In this document: piece after piece, positions 25,811 through 38,656 of the stretch
How the letters are laid out: the number at the start of each line of letters is the position of its first letter
How positions within the stretch are numbered: the first letter of the stretch is position 1
Assembly (NCBI GenBank): GCA_038496445.1
Contig: JALMLS010000142.1
Location: 1-64,000, forward strand
Direction of reading: 5' to 3'
Length of the DNA stretch: 64,000 nt
Source: Trichosphaerium sp. ATCC 40318
Lineage: Eukaryota > Protista > Tubulinea
The notes under the pieces: model-generated
The model's database searches: none
Seen by the model: only the letters and a program-made list of their open reading frames with translations
What the model was told of the DNA's origin: nothing
Made by a program: the position numbers and the translations under genes

Positions 25811-27209
25811 ATTCACTCGGTAGTATCAAGAGAGGCTGTTCTTACGAGGCGTTACGAGATTTTCAAGTGTGAATTGACTTATGTTACACACTTCCGAACC
25901 TTTAGGATTCACAAGAATTTATTGTAGTCAGGAGATCTTTCTTTGAGCCTCTGTATGTGTTTTGCTCGCAACGCTACGCGATGCGCCTATGAGCAGAAAC
26001 TACAATCATGATACTACCACAAAATATCTCCCTCATTTGTAGATATTTGTCGTATTATCAGTCATACGGCTACGAAAACGTGTACGTTCGCCACCCTACA
26101 AAACGCGCTTGAAGCGTGTAAGATAGATAGCCTCAACTTGTGTTTAGAGCCTGAAAAAATTGTTTCCTGCAGTTCGTTTGACGCTAAAGCAAAACTGGTC
26201 ATTACAACTGAATCATGAACCAGTTAATACCTCACTGAACGGGTAGATCAAGAGCTCTAAAGAGTTTAAAGGTATTGAAACATTTTGGTAGCAAATGTTC
26301 ACTTCAAACTCACAACATCTCGACTTAATCGTTTAATAGTCCTTAATATATTTACTTGTGTTACGTAAGAGATTAGCTATCTGAGATATCTAGATATTGT
26401 ACGCTTCGTTCAAGTTTTCAGCCAGACTGACTTGTAGACATGTCAATTTAACTGCTTTGTTGTTTGAATGCTGCGAGAGCGCTTCTGTTAGCGTGGAGTA
26501 GGCTCTAGCGTAGCGCTTGCAAGTATATATTGGTTGATTTTTAAGCAAAACAACGGAATGCTCAAGCTTTGTAGACCATATAACCTTGAAATTGGCTTTT
26601 AGCTCAATAAAGACTGATGTGGTTTTAACGTACATGTGTAGTGTCTACGTAAAATACTGCGATCGTCTTGCCTGAAACTGACATTAAAAATGTGTTTATC
26701 ACTCAAGGGATGTAAGTCGTACTATGATCAGACAGCATCGTGATTAATGGCACGCAAATAGTTCACATTGTGATACATCTACACCATTTTGCCAGAAGTG
26801 TCAGATCTTGCTAGATCTGCTAAAAGTGCTAGAAACTCACTTTCTAGAAAGTATTAGTAAACCTTGACTCACACAGACAACATTTGCGAATTATCTAGTT
26901 TTGCGAAATATCGAAACATCTCTGTGGTTGTAACCTCACGTCAACATGAACACTACCAATTTTGTTTTCATACACGTGTTAAACGTTTCTCATAATTTAG
27001 AAAAATACGCTTCCAGCTTGTACGCAATGGCTTATCTTTCACGTGAGAGTGACGACATATAAACCACAACTCCATTGTTAGCATTATTACAGTGTTAACT
27101 GGGTATAAGTAGAACTTGGGAGGGTGATTTTACGACTACAAGTGATAAAAAACGTGAATCACACATTTTTCAACTTAGTCTTATCACGATAGCAATTAAA
27201 AAATAAAAA

Positions 27210-29963
27210 ATGTTTAAAGTAGCAAAGGTCCTTTGCCCGATATGCGATAAGCGTGTATACGCAATGGATAAGCTAGTAATCGAAACTATAGCTTACCACA
27301 AGGTAAATTTAACAAAGAAAACCCCATCACGTGATGATAAACGTCGTAACGCTTACTAACACGTTTCTTAGACTTGTGTAAAATGTACTCAATGTAAAAA
27401 GACCCTAAACGCTGGAAATTACGCCAGTCTGGCTGGTAACTTCTATTGTAAACCTCATTTTAAACAAGTACGCTTTTACTACGCCGAAAAGCCTTACCCT
27501 CTTATTTTTTTTTGATGTAAGCTCTTCAAACTTAAAGGAAACTATGATGAAGGTACTCTATGCTGCTTTTATCTTCTATTTTTAAACTTTTAAACAGGTT
27601 TTGGTGGAACACAACATAAGATGAAGTGGGCCAATAAAAGAAACGGAGGTACGTGCATAAGCCATTTAATTTTTCACGCGTCACGTGAATTACTCTAATT
27701 TTTTTTGGGTTGATTAGATTCCAAGTCTTTATCATTTATTCCAACACCTGGTTCGTAGTTTGTAATAGGACATCCAAAAACGCGTTGCTCATACTCTGTA
27801 GGCAATAATTTCGCAGCTCCAAGTTCAAAGGATTCACCAGTTATAAAGAATGTTACCACATCAAAAAAATCGGATACTACTAAGCCTGTAGCACAAGAAC
27901 CAGCGAAGAGGAAGCGACCACTAGCTGTACGATTGAAATTTACTTCACGCTTGAGCTATTTTTACTATATTTGTTTATTTCATCCCACGTGACCTTTTTG
28001 GGTGTTTACTACGAGCTTATTAATTAATCACGTGGTTAGGTTTCTTTACCAGGCAAAAAAACATCTGAACTTGCTAGCAGGTTTGAAAGGATGGCAAACA
28101 AGGTACATCAAACTAACTGCTTTAATACATGCGTTAATATTTATGCAGGGCCTAAACGCTGTCAAGAAGTCTCCTGCAGCCATCACAAATAAACTGTTCG
28201 ATTCAAAAAAAGAGAATAACCAAACAGAAAAGAGCAGTAAACCTACAAATGAAGCACTTGCTTCACAAAGCGAACGCCCTCAAGCAACTGCTGGTTCTAC
28301 TAAAGGACCAGCTGCACTAGTGGCTACTGGTACTAATGGAGATCATGTAAAGCTTGATGGCGATAGTTCGGCGTCCAAAAACAATCAAAGTGCTGGAAAG
28401 GTGCCTGAACCTGCCAAAGACTTTGCAGCAAAACCTGTTCAAGAGCCAGTGAAAGAACGTGAAGCAGAGCCGGCCAAACAACCAGAACCTGAAGCAAAGA
28501 AGGAACGTGAACCAACTAAAGCACCACAACCTGTAAAAGAACAAGAAACAGAGCCAACTAAGGAGCCAGAACTAGAGCCAGCTAAGGAACCAGAACCAGA
28601 ACCTGTAAAAGAATCCGAACCAACTAAGGAGCCAGAACTAGAGCCAGCTAAGGAGCCAGAACCTGAACCTGTAAAAGAACATGAACCAGAGCCAACTAAG
28701 GAGCCAGAACCAGAGCCAGTTAAGGATCCAGAACCTGAGGCTGCGAAAGAGCCTGAATCGGTAAAGGCGCTAGAACCAGAACATGCTGAAGAAGCTGAGT
28801 CTGAAGAGCCAAAGTCAGCGTTTACAGAAGAAACGCAAGAGCCTATTGAAGAACCTGTCAAAGAACCAGAAGAAGAGCCAGTGGTAGCAACACCTGATCC
28901 AACACTTGCTAACGAGCCTGAGCCAACGCCTATCGAGAAGCCTGAACCAGAGCCTATGCAAGAACCAACAGAACCAGAACCTGAGCAAGAATCAACAAAA
29001 CCAGAACCTGAACAACAAGAATCAGTTACAGAACTTGCGAATAAGCCACAACCAGCGCACCAGGATGTAATAGCAGAATCTGAACCAGAGCAAGAACCAC
29101 CCGAAGAACCAGAACAACCAACTCCACAAACTGCCAAGGCACCTACACAAGAATCTCAACCGCAAACCAACAAAACCGATCCTAAACCTGCTTCTCACCC
29201 AGTGGAAGTGCACAATCCTACAGGTACCCTTTTACAACCAAATGTACATTAATTGACTTGCATAGAAGCCATTGCATCTGAAAAAGATAACCATGAAACC
29301 AACGTTGTGGTAGATTCAGTCGAAATCGCGGAACCTAAACAAGAAGTAAAAGATATTCTTTTCAATATAGAACATCAAACAAATATAGAAAAGAAGGAAG
29401 AAGACCTATCGCCAGCACTCCAAGTTGACACTTTGGTAGAGAGTGACGATGTCGCACTAATTTCGTTGATGGAAGTGCCTCAAATAATAAACGCAACAAA
29501 GTCATCACAAGAACAGCCAGTAGGTTCTATCCCAACTCAAGAAGCCCCATTAGATGTGGACGTTACTCCCTCAGCTCGAGATAAACTCAGCGTACAACAG
29601 GAAGAGAAGCTTGAGAGCTCTCCTACAATCAAAGAAGAACCAAAACAAGATTCTTCCGATATCACACTTTCAAAAGACACTTTTGATTCACCTACTTCAG
29701 TACAGTCCAACAAGGAATCAATTAAAGTATCTAATCACTCTGATGCAGTCACCAAAACCAGCTCTTCAGTGGCGAAATCGCTCCCAATGTCAAAAAGTAC
29801 TTGTGAAAGATAATCATCCTCTTTTTACATTTTTTTTTAGTTAAATTTGTACTTACTTTTTTCTCTTTTTTTAGCAGGTCAAAGCACTCTTAGTTATGTA
29901 CCGTTGATGGGTATTATAGGAGCTATTGTTTTAATAGTATCTATAGTTGTAGTTTTTAAATAA
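27210..29963 (+). CDS. LIM-domain protein (LIMD2/EPLIN-type LIM) with long Pro/Glu/Lys-rich spacer and C-terminal transmembrane anchor
   Basis: [58 protein letters not shown], then KEPEPEP repeats, and a last exon ..[20 protein letters not shown]. Confidence 0.85.
28440..29130 (+). repeat. Coding low-complexity tandem repeat (EPxKEPEP)n
   Basis: Repeated GAGCCA/GAACCA units in the LIM gene exon. Confidence 0.9.
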
Positions 29964-30158
29964 ATTGTATGTTCACGGTTACGGTGGTATACAATGGTGA
30001 GCATCTTGACTATTGTCATTTGATTGCTGTTGTAGTCACTTTAGGTTGCATCGAGTAGTGTTTAGCAAATGCTCAAAGAAAGATCTCGGTAGTGACTCAC
30101 AGAAATAAAATACTACAAAGAAAGCAGAGGCTGCTTTTGAACCACAAACAGAACTATT

Positions 30159-30275
30159 GTAATTACCCTTCATCAACTTGCTGGTGTTAGATCTGGAGTT
30201 GTTGATGGAGGTGCTGGACGTGATACAGTTAGTGCCACTTTATTCAATTAGTTCTTGGAGATAACAGGATGCTAC
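30159..30275 (+). pseudogene. Relic of a third RTX-like gene
   Basis: Translates VITLHQLAGVRSGVVDGGAGRDTVSATLFN*FLEITG, homologous to VITLRQLGGGTSGVVVDGGAGCDMVTAN...TITGG of copy B. Confidence 0.7.
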
Positions 30276-30344
30276 TCATTTAGCTCTGTTAAGAAAAAAG
30301 TACAACCATTAAGTTGTCACCAGCTAGCCATATTTATTGCTACA

Positions 30345-32369
30345 CTACAAGACACCACAGAACCTTACAACGTCCAAATAGGTCTCAGAACAAACATAGC
30401 GCTGATTAATATTATTTTTAATTGTAACATTCTCACAACCGGTAACATTAATAAATCCTACCCCCTCTAATGCCTTAACACCATCATCTGTGACACAGGT
30501 TTTACATACATCAATTGTTTTAACGCCAACCAATGCCTTAATACCCTCATCTGTAACTTTGCACCCTGATAAATCAATTGTATGAACACCAGCCAATGCC
30601 TTAATACTTGCATCTGACACTTCTGTATTCCTTAAATTAATGGTGTGAACGCCAACTAACATTTTAATACTCTTATCAGTAACCTTGCTACAACTGCCCA
30701 AATGAATTTCATGAACACCAACCAATGCTTTAATACCATTATCTGTAACATGTGTATTACCATTCAAACAAATGTTGTGAACACCAGCCAATGCTCTAAC
30801 ACCTTTATCTGTAACTTGGCACGCCACCAGACTAATTTTATGTACACCAGCTAAAGCTTTGACACCTTCATCTGTAACATTGGTCCCTGATAAATAAATT
30901 GTATGAACGCCAGCCAAATGTTTAACACCCTTATCAGTAACTTTGCTACAATTTCTTAAACTGATTTTATGAACGCCAGCCAATGCCATAACACCTTCAT
31001 CTGTAACAAGTTTATTCTGTGATAAATCAATAGTATGAACACCTGCCAGTGCTTTAATACCATCATCTGAAATCCGATTAGCATCACATAATAGAATTGT
31101 ATGAACACCTGCCAATGATTTAATGCCTTTATCTGAAACACTTGTGCGCCCTAAATTAATAGTATGAACTCCAGCCAAAGCCTTAACACCTTTGTCTGTA
31201 ACTTTTGATTTCCAAAGGTTGATAGTATGTACTCCAGAAAATGCTTTAATGCAGTCATCCCCAACACGACATCCTTTGAAGTCTATTTCATGAGCACCTG
31301 CCAACGCTTTAATGCCGTCAGCTGTAATACCTTCACACTTTGAAACATGAATTGTATGAACCCCAGCTAGTGCTTTAATGCTTCTATCTGAAAAATTGTA
31401 ACAATTCATTAACATAACAGTGTGAACGCCAGCCAGTGCTTTAATACCCTTGTTGGTAACTTGAGAATAAGAAAGGTTAATTGAATGAACACCACCTTTT
31501 GCGAGAGCTTTAATGCAATTATCTTTAAGTTTACAACATTGTAGCTGTATAGTATGAACACCTGCCAATGCTTTAATTCCATCACTTGTCACAGAACAAC
31601 GAGTTAAATTAATGTTGTGAACACCAATTAAGCAGTTAAGTCCTTCATCTGTGATATTGGTACAATTGCTTAAATTAATTGTATGAACGCCAGCTAATGA
31701 TTGAAGTGCTTCATCTGTGATATTGGTACAATTGCTTAAATTAATTGTATGAACGCCAGCTAATGATTGAAGTGCATCATCTGTGACACGTGTACAATCG
31801 CTTAAATCAATTTCATGAACGCCTGCCAACGCTTTAATACCTTTATCTGTAATACGCGTACAATAACTTAAGCCAATTGTATGAATACCAGCCAATGATT
31901 TGATACCATCATCCGTTACTTTTGTACCGTCTAAAATAATTTTGTGAATTCCAGAAAGTTGGTGAAGATGCTCATCAGTTACAAAGTGACAATAACTAAA
32001 GTCGATACTGTCAATCACTTTAAAGTCTGTAAAGTCCATACAGTCTGGCTGTTCCATTCTACGAATTTTGAGTGCATACACTCCTTGTAGGTACTTCAAA
32101 TGCTTTTGTTTAATAGGGAACTTAAGAATTATTTTAGTTGTCTTTCTGATATGTGGGGATGATTGTTTGTACAGTTGTTTTAGTTCTTTCTTTGTATTAA
32201 CCACAGTATTAGCCGGTTTCAGTTCAAATCCCAGGTGCTGTGTTGCTACATTTGATAATAACGTACATGTACATACAACGGAATGCATAGATAACGTAGA
32301 AACGAACTGTAGAATAATAATTATTATTTCTACCGGAATCTCATCAAAGAATGCTGTAGTTGAGTTCAT
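30345..32369 (-). CDS. F-box + leucine-rich repeat protein (~24 LRRs of 21-22 aa), intronless
   Basis: FFDEIPVEIIIIILQFV F-box, and the repeat consensus LAGVHxIxLxxCxxVTDxGIKA in a 674-aa ORF. Confidence 0.92.
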   Translation of the reverse strand: MNSTTAFFDEIPVEIIIIILQFVSTLSMHSVVCTCTLLSNVATQHLGFELKPANTVVNTKKELKQLYKQSSPHIRKTTKIILKFPIKQKHLKYLQGVYALKIRRMEQPDCMDFTDFKVIDSIDFSYCHFVTDEHLHQLSGIHKIILDGTKVTDDGIKSLAGIHTIGLSYCTRITDKGIKALAGVHEIDLSDCTRVTDDALQSLAGVHTINLSNCTNITDEALQSLAGVHTINLSNCTNITDEGLNCLIGVHNINLTRCSVTSDGIKALAGVHTIQLQCCKLKDNCIKALAKGGVHSINLSYSQVTNKGIKALAGVHTVMLMNCYNFSDRSIKALAGVHTIHVSKCEGITADGIKALAGAHEIDFKGCRVGDDCIKAFSGVHTINLWKSKVTDKGVKALAGVHTINLGRTSVSDKGIKSLAGVHTILLCDANRISDDGIKALAGVHTIDLSQNKLVTDEGVMALAGVHKISLRNCSKVTDKGVKHLAGVHTIYLSGTNVTDEGVKALAGVHKISLVACQVTDKGVRALAGVHNICLNGNTHVTDNGIKALVGVHEIHLGSCSKVTDKSIKMLVGVHTINLRNTEVSDASIKALAGVHTIDLSGCKVTDEGIKALVGVKTIDVCKTCVTDDGVKALEGVGFINVTGCENVTIKNNINQRYVCSETYLDVVRFCGVL

Positions 32370-33322
32370 TTTATTTTTGTAGCTCAGTGTTGTTGTTTGT
32401 AGGTTTATGGGATGTTATGTGATCTAGACGGACCGGAGTTGACTTTAGTTTCCGTCTTTATGCAATGTTCGATACTGCCGGATTATCATAACACCGCCCT
32501 ACTCTTACCAGTACACATATCGGAGAGATAATTGGATTCTTTATAGCCAGCGTTTGTGTTACAAACGTTTGATTTAAGTACCCATTATTATAGGTAATGC
32601 TTGTATATTATACGTGGTATTAACACTCTACTTCAAAGCTATCCAATGGCAATGCAAACAGCACGTGATGTCGGTAAACAACTTTTTTGTAAAAATATCA
32701 AAAAGCGAGAGATTGCGTCGCACGTTGTATCTTAAGGTAGCCAAACCCTCGACACATATACAGACGCTATCATCGTCAATTAAACGACTAATACTACCTT
32801 CAGGAGCCATAGTTGCAAATTTGAAAGTTTTCGAAGGAACATGATGACATGATAACCTTAGCTAACGCAACGCCTAGGATAGGTGGTCCCAGACTGCGGA
32901 ATACTTGGGTCGATGCTCTCGCACTAGTAAACTGAACCAAGGTGTTTTTAAACAGGACAAATCTGTTCGGAAAAAAATTGTGGTTTGGCTTTCACTGAAA
33001 TATCCAGTTTTTGTCACAAAAAACACACAGATTTTAAAAGCGGTTTATTCACCAGGCGGCGTTTGTGTTTACCATGCTTGTAAGTGTATAGATTTTTTGT
33101 CTTTTCAAAGTTTAATGAGACAAGTTTTTTTTAAAGAACTACAACTACTTGAAAAAATCCGCCAGCAAGGCGTACTTCCCTGTCACATTAATAAAGCTAG
33201 CCTGTAAAATAGCTGTTCTTACTCGCAAAGCGTCGTAAAACCTATACACAGTAACACGAGTGGTTTTGCAGGCGAAATAGTCACAAAAAAAAATGAACGA
33301 AAATGTTTTTTTCTTGTGTTTT

Positions 33323-36300
33323 CTACATTTTATTGACAAACTTCTCCAGTTCATCTCCCGGATCTTCTAAAGTACTTAGACCACCTAACTCTTTTCTGAA
33401 GTATATTACATCTTCAAGCAACCTTGTTTTTTGTTCTTGGTTTAATTTTAAGCGTCCAAACGCCTCTTTAAGTGTATCATGATACATCTCTATTACCATA
33501 CCAAAGACGTGTCTCATTTTATCTTCAGACAACACGGGAGCAATTATATTATGTAGTAATCCGGTCTTATGACAGAGTACTTGGAAGGGTTTACTAGGAG
33601 AAGGATTTTGCGTATAAACCTAAACAGTACAGTCAAATAAAATATGGCGTTTACGGACAACCCAAAAACTAAAGGTTTTTGGTCTTTCTCACTCACCTTG
33701 AAGTCTTTGAATTCTTTATTAAGGCGGTCACGCATGATAGCAACTATAGACCTAAAAATCTCATTCTTATGTGTAACATAATCCTAAAATAGTTTAAGAA
33801 CTTGATACTGAAAAAAAGGTAGAAAATATTTGTTTTGCAAACCTGTTTTATGCGCTCCAAGTCTTGTAGCATAGGATGTATCTCGTCCTCATCATGTTTT
33901 GGTAAAAAAGGTCTAGCATGCGCTGATATTGCAGGGAGCGTTTTCGCAATGAGATCTAGAGCCTGTGTAGCAAGTGCCAAGTTTTTAGCTGTAACTGCTT
34001 TTACAGCACGTTTTTCTCTCATTCCTTGTCCCAGCACTAATGAACAAGTACGTTGATTATAAACCTATAAAATACTTATTACTTAAATAGCGATAATCTA
34101 GAATAAAGCCTGGCAGCCCAAAAAATAAGTAAACAAGATTTGTTTCTGTGAAAAAAAACCTAACTTTACAGCGTTTGAAACTGTCATGGGCTGTAGGCAC
34201 CATACAACAGTTAAAAGTATTTTGAAAACTCTTTTCAGGAAATTATAGGCAGTTTTTTGGTCACGTTGTTATCACGTGATTGTATCAAAAAAGGGAGAAA
34301 ACTGCGTACCATTAGAATTTCGCCAACTCTTTGTATGTAGTCACCAACAAGGAAAGGTATATGCTCTAAAAATGTACGATACTCATCCAATATAACGCAA
34401 AACATAAGAGCGCTATTAACAAGAACAAACCTCTCATCTCCAAGATAAACAACATCCATACTCTCATCTCCAGCATCCTTTGTTGCAGGTTTTCTTGAAA
34501 GGGAATGAATAATATTTCTTATTTCTGGTATAATCATAGACTGATTCCAATCCTCATTATCAAGGACACCACATGTCTTTTCCATCTTATGTTTATGAAA
34601 TGTTTGTAGATATAGTTTAGATTGCTTAACAAGCGTAGGACGAAGTGCAACAGAAGATTTTTGTGAAATAGAAACAACTTTTTTGATGAAAGTGTCAACA
34701 CTCTCAACAAGGTTCGTAAAATGCTCTAAAGTCAATCTACGGTGTACTTGTTTACGTAATAGAATAATCTTGTTTATACGAAACTGTGCATTCTCACTAA
34801 GATCAACAACAAGAGTATTTATCATGATCTATAGGTTCGTCAGTCCAGCAATGAAATAAAAACAAAGAAAAAATAAAGAAAAAAATAATAATAAGCACTG
34901 AAAGACTTGAATATATTCTTAAACTGTTGTAAGGTTGGTAGCTTTGCATTTTCGCTACAATACCAACCATCATATTTTTGTGCGTGTAGACCAAAGCAAG
35001 AAAAAAAGAGGAAAAATACAAAGAGGATTACAAACAACAAGAATCTTCAAATTTCTGTTTTGAAGTCGTTTGTTTTTTGTGTAATATATTTCGACGTACA
35101 TCTGCTCTCTTTTGCGACTCAGTTTCTTCTTGTCCATTAAAAGCTGGCATATCCCATATAGCCTCAAGTACAGTCTTGAACGTTTTCGCTTTCGTCAAAA
35201 TCTTTAAAAGACTATCCATAGCAATCGTCAGAGCACCACTGAACGTAGCAACATCCATAGAGCGAATACGATCTTCTATTTTCCTCTCATCTTTCTCATC
35301 TACAATATCAATTAAATCAAGCAACATCAGTTAACCGTTCGGTAAGCTCGCCAAAGCAATTTTCTAAACGAAGAGAAAAAAAAAGAAAAAAGTTGTACCT
35401 TCAAAAGGCTGTCTTGCTTGCTGTTTGATTTGTCCATACAGTATCTCTCTATACTTTTCAATAACATCTTGTAGTATATCTCTAGTAGCTAGGTTATAAG
35501 CTAATGTAGATATATCACTAATTGGAGGCTCATCCATGACGACAACTGCCAAGAATTTTTCTTTAACTTTATCTTGTAATTCAACAAAACAAGTCTTCAA
35601 TTTATTCTTCAGAGGTCTGCAATACAGAAACAAAGAGTTAGAGTACGAGAAAACAATAATAACTCTTAAATAGAGGTTAAAACAATTACCCAAGTGAAGA
35701 TACGCCTTGTAAACGATCAGAAAAAAGCTGTAAAGCTTGTTCTACAAATTCCAACGCTACAACAAATAACTCTTTCTCTCTAGCCTCAAGAGCACTCTTA
35801 TAAAAGCTCTGAACTCGTCGTATTGTAGTGAGCTAAAGAAAAAAGTGTTAACTATAAGTGGAAGAAAGAAGACAAAAGAACAAGAGAAATCCTCGAATAA
35901 CAAGCCTCGCGTTGGGTCTCACTTACCTTGCTTGCTAGTATTTCCAAGTTTCTTCTTTTATTTCTTAGTTTAATAACGTTTAAAGGTTGTTGGACTTGAC
36001 TCTCATGTACTGTAACCAAATCTCTCTTTATGCCCTCAATACGCTTTAAAGTACCAGATACTTCACCATCAAGTGATTCTAGAGTTAACAGCGCTGAGAA
36101 TACGGCAGTGGAACGGCTTGAGATAGCGTTGACGAGTTTTAATTCTATTAAATCCAAGTACACGCAAAGCTAAATGAGCAACTTAGCAATGAGATTGCCT
36201 TGAAGACATAAATGAGGTTATCTCTTCGTACCTTTTCTTGAATGAGATTTGATAATTTTCGTCCTGCAGCTGCTGTTGGCTCCTGGTAAACGACGCGGAA

Positions 36301-36956
36301 TGTTTGTGGATCACTTAGGTCGAATGTGGATGAAAAGAATAGTTTGGGGACTACTTTGTATACTTCTGTATTCTCCGCTCGTGTTCTCGTCTAATATTGA
36401 GTTAAAACAAGCGCTTGGCAGCATTTCGCGTCTTTAAAATTTGACACTTGAATTGACGTACGCGCTCGCTGTCTTTACGTCGTAAGCGGCGTCCTCTGTC
36501 TAATTGCTAGGCGGTTCTTTAAGCAATGTACATCAAAGCAGCAAATAGTTCTGGTAGAAGCGTTTTTGATGCTGTACTGCTAATTACCTTGTGTATTGAG
36601 TCAAAATAGCTCTTAAAACTTGCAACGTCAATATCAGACGTTGGAGCCACTGTCGGTTTAGGAAAGTATAAAGTGCTCTTCTTGCGTGCGTTCTGTGTGG
36701 TTACATGGTTTAGAAATTATAATTAGGCCATAAACGGTTAATTACCCTTGGATCCGCTAGTACAGCTGTTAGTGAGCGTCCATACACTATTTGAGGGCCA
36801 TTATAAGTCCTGTCTTTATTTTCGCCTTTTTGCCCGTGCTCTGCCATACAAGCATACCGTTGAGGGGTTTTGAGCGAAAGATGGTTACCGAAGCGTGTCG
36901 ACGTTGACTGTTAGAGAAAACAACAAAACGACAAAAACGCGAAGTGTATAAACCAT
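33323..36956 (-). CDS. VPS54: GARP complex subunit Vps54
   Basis: RSLTAVLADPR, YLDLIELKLVNAISSRSTAVFSAL, LDNEDW, FVLVNSALM and TCSLVLGQGM..VTAKNLALATQAL are conserved Vps54 blocks. Confidence 0.85.
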
Positions 36957-37088
36957 TTCGAGTTATAGACGCATTGCATGCTTCAGGCACGGTAAAATTC
37001 AATATTTACTAATACACGTGGACATGCAAAGACATCATCTTGTTAAACTGCGAGTATCTTTCGTAAACATACTATTGCTTGTTGTACG

Positions 37089-38085
37089 TCAACCCAAATG
37101 TTGTCGTATAAAATTCGTTGCATCTGCCATTGCCTTGTCAGCTTGCTCTTTTAGCAGAGAATTATTCTCATGATCGCCTCTAACAACAAATCCATGCATC
37201 ATACCTAAATATCATTTGATGTCAGCAAACACGTGCGGATTATAATACATTGTATTAGTACCATGTCCAAAAATTTTAAGAGTGCCAACACCTTCACCAT
37301 CATTGAACGCTTTAATTATTTCATTCTTTGCCTCTTCTTTAAAAAATTTATCTTTTGCAACTGTTATGTAGAACAAAGGACACTTTGCCTTTTTAACTGC
37401 TTCACCGCCATCACCTACACCATGAATAGATACAGCGGCTCCTACAACTCCACTAGCAGCTAAATGACTACTGCAACAAAGGCCACCTAAGAATTAAATG
37501 AGAACGCTAGCTTGCTACAAACAAAAGAGCACCCCAACAAAAGCCGACACATCCTACTTTCTCGTAACCTTTCACCTTTAAAAACTGAACCACTAGCTTA
37601 ACATAACGTTATCACTACTATACCGAACTACAAACAAGGCGTACAGGCAATTGATTGTTGATAAGGTTGTCCATAAACTGTTGCGATGAAACTTTTTCAA
37701 ACCATTTTTTATAATCGCTACTACCGTGCTTTGCATGTTTAGGCCGCGGGTGTTGCGAAAAAAAGTCTACAAGAGTGTCAGGAAATACGTAGTTTTGTGT
37801 TGTAAATACTTGGCATAATAGCGTAAAACCCTTTTGACGCCATGTAATCTACTATGTATTTACAATTAGGTATATCTAGAACAGTTTTTTAGATGGTTGG
37901 TTATGTATTTATCAATAGCGCCTACCAAAGCCGTATACATCGTGTAAGACTATCACAGCGCGTTTTGGCCCATTATTAGGTGTTTCTGGTGCTAAATGGT
38001 AGATAGGAAGAGATTTGAGCTTGCCGACGCTTCCCTTCAACTGAGCGCCATCGCGGACAATACCTATACAACAAGGTTCCTCCAT
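37089..38085 (-). CDS. Dienelactone hydrolase family protein (not captured by the ORF track)
   Basis: Manual minus-strand splicing gives MEEPCCIG..RAVIVLHDVYGF..KVGCVGFCWG..SIHG..KCPLFYI..MMHGFVVRGD..FIRQHLG*, with the GFCWG nucleophile motif and HGF. Confidence 0.88.
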
Positions 38086-38656
38086 TAAACTGTTAAGTTG
38101 TTATTAATTGAATCAAATAATTCGAAAAAAGAAATTTTCACAAAGTCAAATGTTTAACGTATTCCTGGGTGAGTGTCAAGCGAACTGAATTTAAAGTATC
38201 AAATAATGATGTATGGTTCGCTTAGAATTGCATCCTACTAGGCAGAGGCCTAAATGTCTTCATTATACTACATAACAAAAGCGGGTACGAATTTAGCTGA
38301 AACCAATTTGTTTCAACTTCTAAATGTCCTCAACGCGTAACCATGATGTTTGACGAGATTTGCAGCTCGTTCACGGTTTTTGAAGTGCCAATCGTGATTT
38401 CATATGCCGCGTTCTTTCTTTTTTAGAACATAATTGATGGGGCTGTAACGGCAAGTATCTATTGGACAGTCACGTTACAAACACGTGATAAATTTAAAAA
38501 AAGGGATTTGACAAAAAATTAATCTCAAATCGCACTGACGAACAGCAGGACAATCAGATAACAAGACCATGTTTTTTTTTTCACTAATACCATTCAATTT
38601 GCTTCTAGTCAACGTAAAACAAGGCTTGTTTTTTTGCCTTTTTATACTAAAAAGGA

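Noticed and set aside
28439-29137. 232-aa Gly/Ser-rich ORF on the minus strand
   Set aside because: Antisense shadow of the Pro/Glu repeat exon of the LIM gene.
9424-32369. Endogenous giant-virus insertion
   Set aside because: There are no NCLDV hallmark genes, the F-box genes are interspersed with intron-rich host genes, and one has its own intron.
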